Virus record (IMG/VR): IMGVR_UViG_3300045988_138808
Source: a virus
Strand: one strand, 5' to 3'
Length of the DNA: 43,102 nucleotides
The position numbers and the translations under genes are program-made. The notes beneath the pieces were generated by a model. That model worked only from the letters and a program-made list of their open reading frames with translations. It was not told the DNA's origin and ran no database searches. Within the stretch, counting starts at the first letter, position 1. Every line of letters starts with the position of its first letter. Below, piece after piece: positions 40,384 through 43,102 of this stretch.

Positions 40384-40794
40384 TTAGATGTGGTGAAACC
40401 TGCCATCTTCGGTCTTTTCCCATTTCCTTTTTCGGTTCTTATTCATTTTTTGTATTATTGCCAAATCTATAACTGACAAAATATCCAGGGTTGCGTTGTT
40501 AAGATAATTATTTTCAGTGGAAATTCCGATTTTACTGTCAAATCGGCGAAGACCGGCACAAACTATCAAAATATCGGCTATTTCTTCAAATAAAGCAGCT
40601 TTATCTTTTTTACCAACTTTAAGAAATTCACAGATTTCTTCTTCAAGTTTGGCAAGCTGTCCGGCAAGGGTTGCATCCGGGAATGTTTTCTCATGCCATA
40701 TTTTTATAGAATTTAACCTATTATCAATATTTTCCAAAATAAGTGCTTTTGAAAGTTTATCTAATGATTTTTGTTTTTTGGAAAAAATAAACAT
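40384..40794 (-). CDS. MazG-like nucleotide pyrophosphohydrolase
   Basis: LAKLEEEICEF...ALFEEIADILIV fits the EExxE...ExxD MazG metal-binding pattern. I prefer the ATG at 40792..40794, which follows GGGGG. Confidence 0.6.
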   Translation of the reverse strand: MFIFSKKQKSLDKLSKALILENIDNRLNSIKIWHEKTFPDATLAGQLAKLEEEICEFLKVGKKDKAALFEEIADILIVCAGLRRFDSKIGISTENNYLNNATLDILSVIDLAIIQKMNKNRKRKWEKTEDGRFHHI

Positions 40795-40804
40795 TTGATA
40801 CCCC

Positions 40805-41404
40805 CTAAATATCCAATGCTTTGCGGTAGGTTTCGATGAGATATTCTTGCTCATCTCGGTCGGCCGCATTCATCTTGCGAAGCTTAATCATTGCACGCAA
40901 GATTTTAACGTCAAATCCGGCTGACTTGGCTTCGGCAAATATATCTCTGATGTCTGATGTAATACCGGCTTTTTCTTCTTCTAAGCGTTCGATACGTTCA
41001 ATTATTGAACGCAAGCGGTTTGCATCGATACCGCCGATGATATTATTTTTTTCATCATCTTCTTTGGTTATCATCGATGTTTGTTGTGGTTCTGACATTT
41101 TCATCTCCTTTGTCTTTTTGGTTAATATTTCGCATAAAACTTTGCGGCTTTCTTCTTCGGTTTTTTGCTCGCAAATGTTTTTATAATCCTCTGCAGTGAA
41201 TGGTATAATTGGCATTCCGACATCTTTTAAGACTTCGCACTTCATCATGTTGAAGTGTATTAAATCGTTGATAAAAATACCATATTCTGTAACGGCTCGC
41301 ATAACCTCATCTTGGTCCACCTCACAGGCTTCATTCAAAAACTTAACCTGATTCAAGGTCGCTTGCTTTTCGGATTTAGTCATATGAGATATTGCATTAA
41401 GCAT
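40805..41404 (-). CDS. Protein with a C-terminal GapR/DUF2312-like DNA-binding domain
   Basis: The C-terminal segment LRSIIERIERLEEEKAGITSDIRDIFAEAKSAGFDVKILRAMIKLRKMNAADRDEQEYLIETYRKALDI closely follows the DUF2312/GapR consensus as I recall it. The N-terminal ~120 aa are unrecognised. Confidence 0.65.
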   Translation of the reverse strand: MLNAISHMTKSEKQATLNQVKFLNEACEVDQDEVMRAVTEYGIFINDLIHFNMMKCEVLKDVGMPIIPFTAEDYKNICEQKTEEESRKVLCEILTKKTKEMKMSEPQQTSMITKEDDEKNNIIGGIDANRLRSIIERIERLEEEKAGITSDIRDIFAEAKSAGFDVKILRAMIKLRKMNAADRDEQEYLIETYRKALDI

Positions 41405-41601
41405 TACATTCCCCTTTTAAGTTGTTTATACAAGGCTCTGGTACAGGTGTCTTTGAGTTCGACAGTGCCGCACATTATCGGTTTTTGGAGTTCCGGCCGG
41501 CTGATAAGATGTTTTTTTGTCAGGTTATATTTCACTTCCGGCATCCCGACAGAATATTCTCTGGCTTGTCTGCGGAGTTTCTTTGCTTTTTTACCGTTCA
41601 T
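41404..41601 (-). CDS. Small basic hypothetical protein
   Basis: The ORF is 65 aa and Lys/Arg-rich. A GGAGAA RBS lies upstream. Confidence 0.45.
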   Translation of the reverse strand: MNGKKAKKLRRQAREYSVGMPEVKYNLTKKHLISRPELQKPIMCGTVELKDTCTRALYKQLKRGM

Positions 41602-41655
41602 TCATTTCTCCTTTTTGGTGTTTCTCAAAAAAATTTACTATAAAAACATAAAAAT

Positions 41656-41682
41656 ATTATAACCCTTTATTGTAGTTGTCAA
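41656..41682 (-). promoter_or_regulatory. Early promoter module, TTGACA-15-TATAAT
   Basis: The minus strand reads TTTGACAACTACAATAAAGGGTTATAATATTTTTATGTTTTTATAG. It has the same architecture as 2162..2188 and 3152..3178. The -35 element overlaps the upstream stop codon. Confidence 0.45.
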
Positions 41683-42215
41683 ACATAAATTTGTTTGATT
41701 ATGCAGTTTTTATAATCTGGGATTTTTTTCATTTTGCATCTGTCTTTGATTAAATTGATGATTTCCTTGGTGCTTTCGTCAGGAATGTCCACGTTGAGGC
41801 ATATTTCTTCATCGCTCATGCCGGAATTGATTAATTTTTTTATTTGGTCATAGAGCTTGTTTTTTTGCTCTCCTATGCGGTATTCATCTATGGCGGCATC
41901 TTGTTCCTCTATGCTTTTGAGTTTTGCGTTTACGATGTTTGCAATGACCATACACTCCGGCATATTTTTTGATTTCTTAATTGCATGCATGATTGAAGTA
42001 TGATCCCTTTTAAACTTTCTTCCTATCTGTGGAAAACTTAAACCCCTTTCATAAAGCACATAATAACAAACAAATTTAGGTAAAATATAAGCACGCTCAA
42101 AGCTAGAAAATATTTTTTTGTATTGATGAATTTGCATTATTTCGCTAACTGTTCGAATAATCTCTTGCGTTTTGCGGTCAAATTCTTCAAATTCTATTGC
42201 TTTTTTACCGGCCAT
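41679..42215 (-). CDS. DnaA domain IV-like HTH protein
   Basis: ILPKFVCYYVLYERGLSFPQIGRKFKRDHTSIMHAIKKSK parallels the DnaA C-terminal segment (R..AMYL.RE.T..S...IG..FG.RDHTTV.HA..K). I prefer the ATG at 42213..42215, which follows GGGGG. Confidence 0.6.
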   Translation of the reverse strand: MAGKKAIEFEEFDRKTQEIIRTVSEIMQIHQYKKIFSSFERAYILPKFVCYYVLYERGLSFPQIGRKFKRDHTSIMHAIKKSKNMPECMVIANIVNAKLKSIEEQDAAIDEYRIGEQKNKLYDQIKKLINSGMSDEEICLNVDIPDESTKEIINLIKDRCKMKKIPDYKNCIIKQIYV

Positions 42216-42260
42216 ATTTTTATCCCCCTGTTGTTTCAAAATAATGTTAATTGTCCTTTT

Positions 42261-42581
42261 TCATCTCCAACCTGCCATCTTGATACCGCGCTCTAAGAGG
42301 TTGCGATATGCGACCTCATTGTCGCAGTTGTCTAAAACCTCGGAGAGCGCCGGAAACCATTTGTATCTCATTTTTAAGGCGTAAGTAACCACATCTGCCG
42401 GATACTTGCTTAATTCCTCAACCCATATGGATGTTCTGGCTTCTGTGTCATATTGAGTTTTGTTTTTTTCTGGGCATATTATCTGAAGCCGTGCGATTAG
42501 CTTAATGATTTGTTGGCTTGGAAGAGGTTTGTAAAATTCTCTTAAAACTTGTTTTGCCTGTTCAACTTGCTCATCGGTCAT
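42261..42581 (-). CDS. Hypothetical protein, a possible G39P-like helicase loader
   Basis: I prefer the internal ATG at 42579..42581 (MTDEQVEQAKQVLREFY...). The longer track ORF overlaps the organizer gene in another frame. The loader assignment rests on position and a weak resemblance. Confidence 0.35.
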   Translation of the reverse strand: MTDEQVEQAKQVLREFYKPLPSQQIIKLIARLQIICPEKNKTQYDTEARTSIWVEELSKYPADVVTYALKMRYKWFPALSEVLDNCDNEVAYRNLLERGIKMAGWR

Positions 42582-42621
42582 TTTACCAAACTTAACCTCA
42601 TCAACAAATTCAGCTCCATAT

Positions 42622-43102
42622 TCAGTAAAGATTGTCTTCCGCTGCGTATTTAGCGGCAATTTCAGCGTATGTTTCAACAATCGACTTAGGCTCCTGTCGT
42701 TTTCTTGCGGTGTCTTCTGCGATAATTGTTGAGGTGTTATAATCATCTGCCCACCGTTGCTGGTTAAGGAAGACTGGGACGGTGCAAGTGAGTTGTTTGT
42801 TTTCTCGGCAATGGTTAAGATAGGCGTGCAAGCCTGTGATAATGTCTTCATATTTCACTCCTGATTTCAGTATTCTTACAAATTTTTCAAACGATAGTTT
42901 TTTGCTTCCTTTATCGACAAATCTGCCGTCGCATTTTACTGGGATATAATTTTGCCAAAAATCAAAAAATAAAGTTTCGTAATTTAATTTTACAATACTT
43001 TCTTTTTTATCTTCTCTTTCCTCTATTCCTATTCCTTCTCTTTCTCTTTCTCCTTCTCCTTCTCCTTCTCCTTCTCCTTCTCCTTCTCCTTCTCCTTCTC
43101 CT
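42622..43102 (-). CDS. Replication-organizer-like protein, C-terminal part (continuation of 1..361)
   Basis: I checked codon by codon that the frame is open from 43102 to the stop at 42622..42624. The translation reads ...(GE)nRERE GIGIEEREEDKKESIVKLNYETLFFDFWQNYIPVKCDGRFVDKGSKKLSFEKFVRILKSGVKYEDIITGLHAYLNHCRENKQLTCTVPVFLNQQRWADDY... The track entry 42622..42858 is only its tail. Confidence 0.6.
   Translation of the reverse strand, partial: GEGEGEGEGEGEGEGEGEREREGIGIEEREDKKESIVKLNYETLFFDFWQNYIPVKCDGRFVDKGSKKLSFEKFVRILKSGVKYEDIITGLHAYLNHCRENKQLTCTVPVFLNQQRWADDYNTSTIIAEDTARKRQEPKSIVETYAEIAAKYAAEDNLY
43051..43102. repeat. (TCCTTC)n microsatellite, the same repeat as 1..55. Degenerate TCTTTC/TATTCC units lie at 43021..43050.
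   Basis: The repeat is read directly. It is in the Gly-Glu frame on the minus strand, the same frame as at the left end. Confidence 0.95.

Overview
The window is a complete or near-complete ~43-kb tailed dsDNA phage genome, transcribed almost entirely on the minus strand. Both window ends lie inside the same coding hexanucleotide repeat and in the same reading frame. The molecule therefore closes on itself (circular assembly or circular permutation), and one replication-organizer-like gene wraps the ends.

Minus-strand gene order:
- Early and replication genes: organizer, possible G39P-like loader, DnaA-domain-IV-like protein, GapR-like fusion, MazG-like protein, small HTH coupled to an orphan N6/N4 methyltransferase, and a small ORF coupled to a GNAT.
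- Packaging: TerS and TerL.
- Head: portal, Mu-F/gp7-like protein, an accessory block (three tandem DUF1566-like paralogs, Cys-rich proteins, an acidic protein), scaffold, major capsid protein.
- Neck, then a contractile tail: sheath, tube, G/GT chaperones, tape measure.
- Baseplate (hub, V/gp45-like spike, W-like, J-like) and at least three fiber genes.
- Lysis cassette: holin, free-standing HNH-AP2 endonuclease, GH24 endolysin, polytopic membrane protein, and an overlapped i-/o-spanin pair, which implies a diderm host.
- RNase H.

A divergent plus-strand XRE regulator follows. After it come a PD-(D/E)XK exonuclease, RecT and a VRR-NUC nuclease; the first two lie between a sigma70-like promoter and an intrinsic terminator. 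I found no integrase, tRNA, rRNA or CRISPR array.

Headline finding: the TerL ORF is 1278 codons, and 768 of them (60%) belong to three Cys1...Asn/Cys+1 inteins sitting in ATPase and nuclease motifs. Two of these inteins carry a complete HNH homing-endonuclease gene that is not in the intein reading frame. One is codon-for-codon antisense and has its own TTGACA-17-TATGAT promoter, RBS and ATG. The other is on the same strand in the -1 frame with its own RBS, ATG and stop. The intein/terminase frame stays open through both.

All family assignments rest on motif recognition by eye. No database search was possible.
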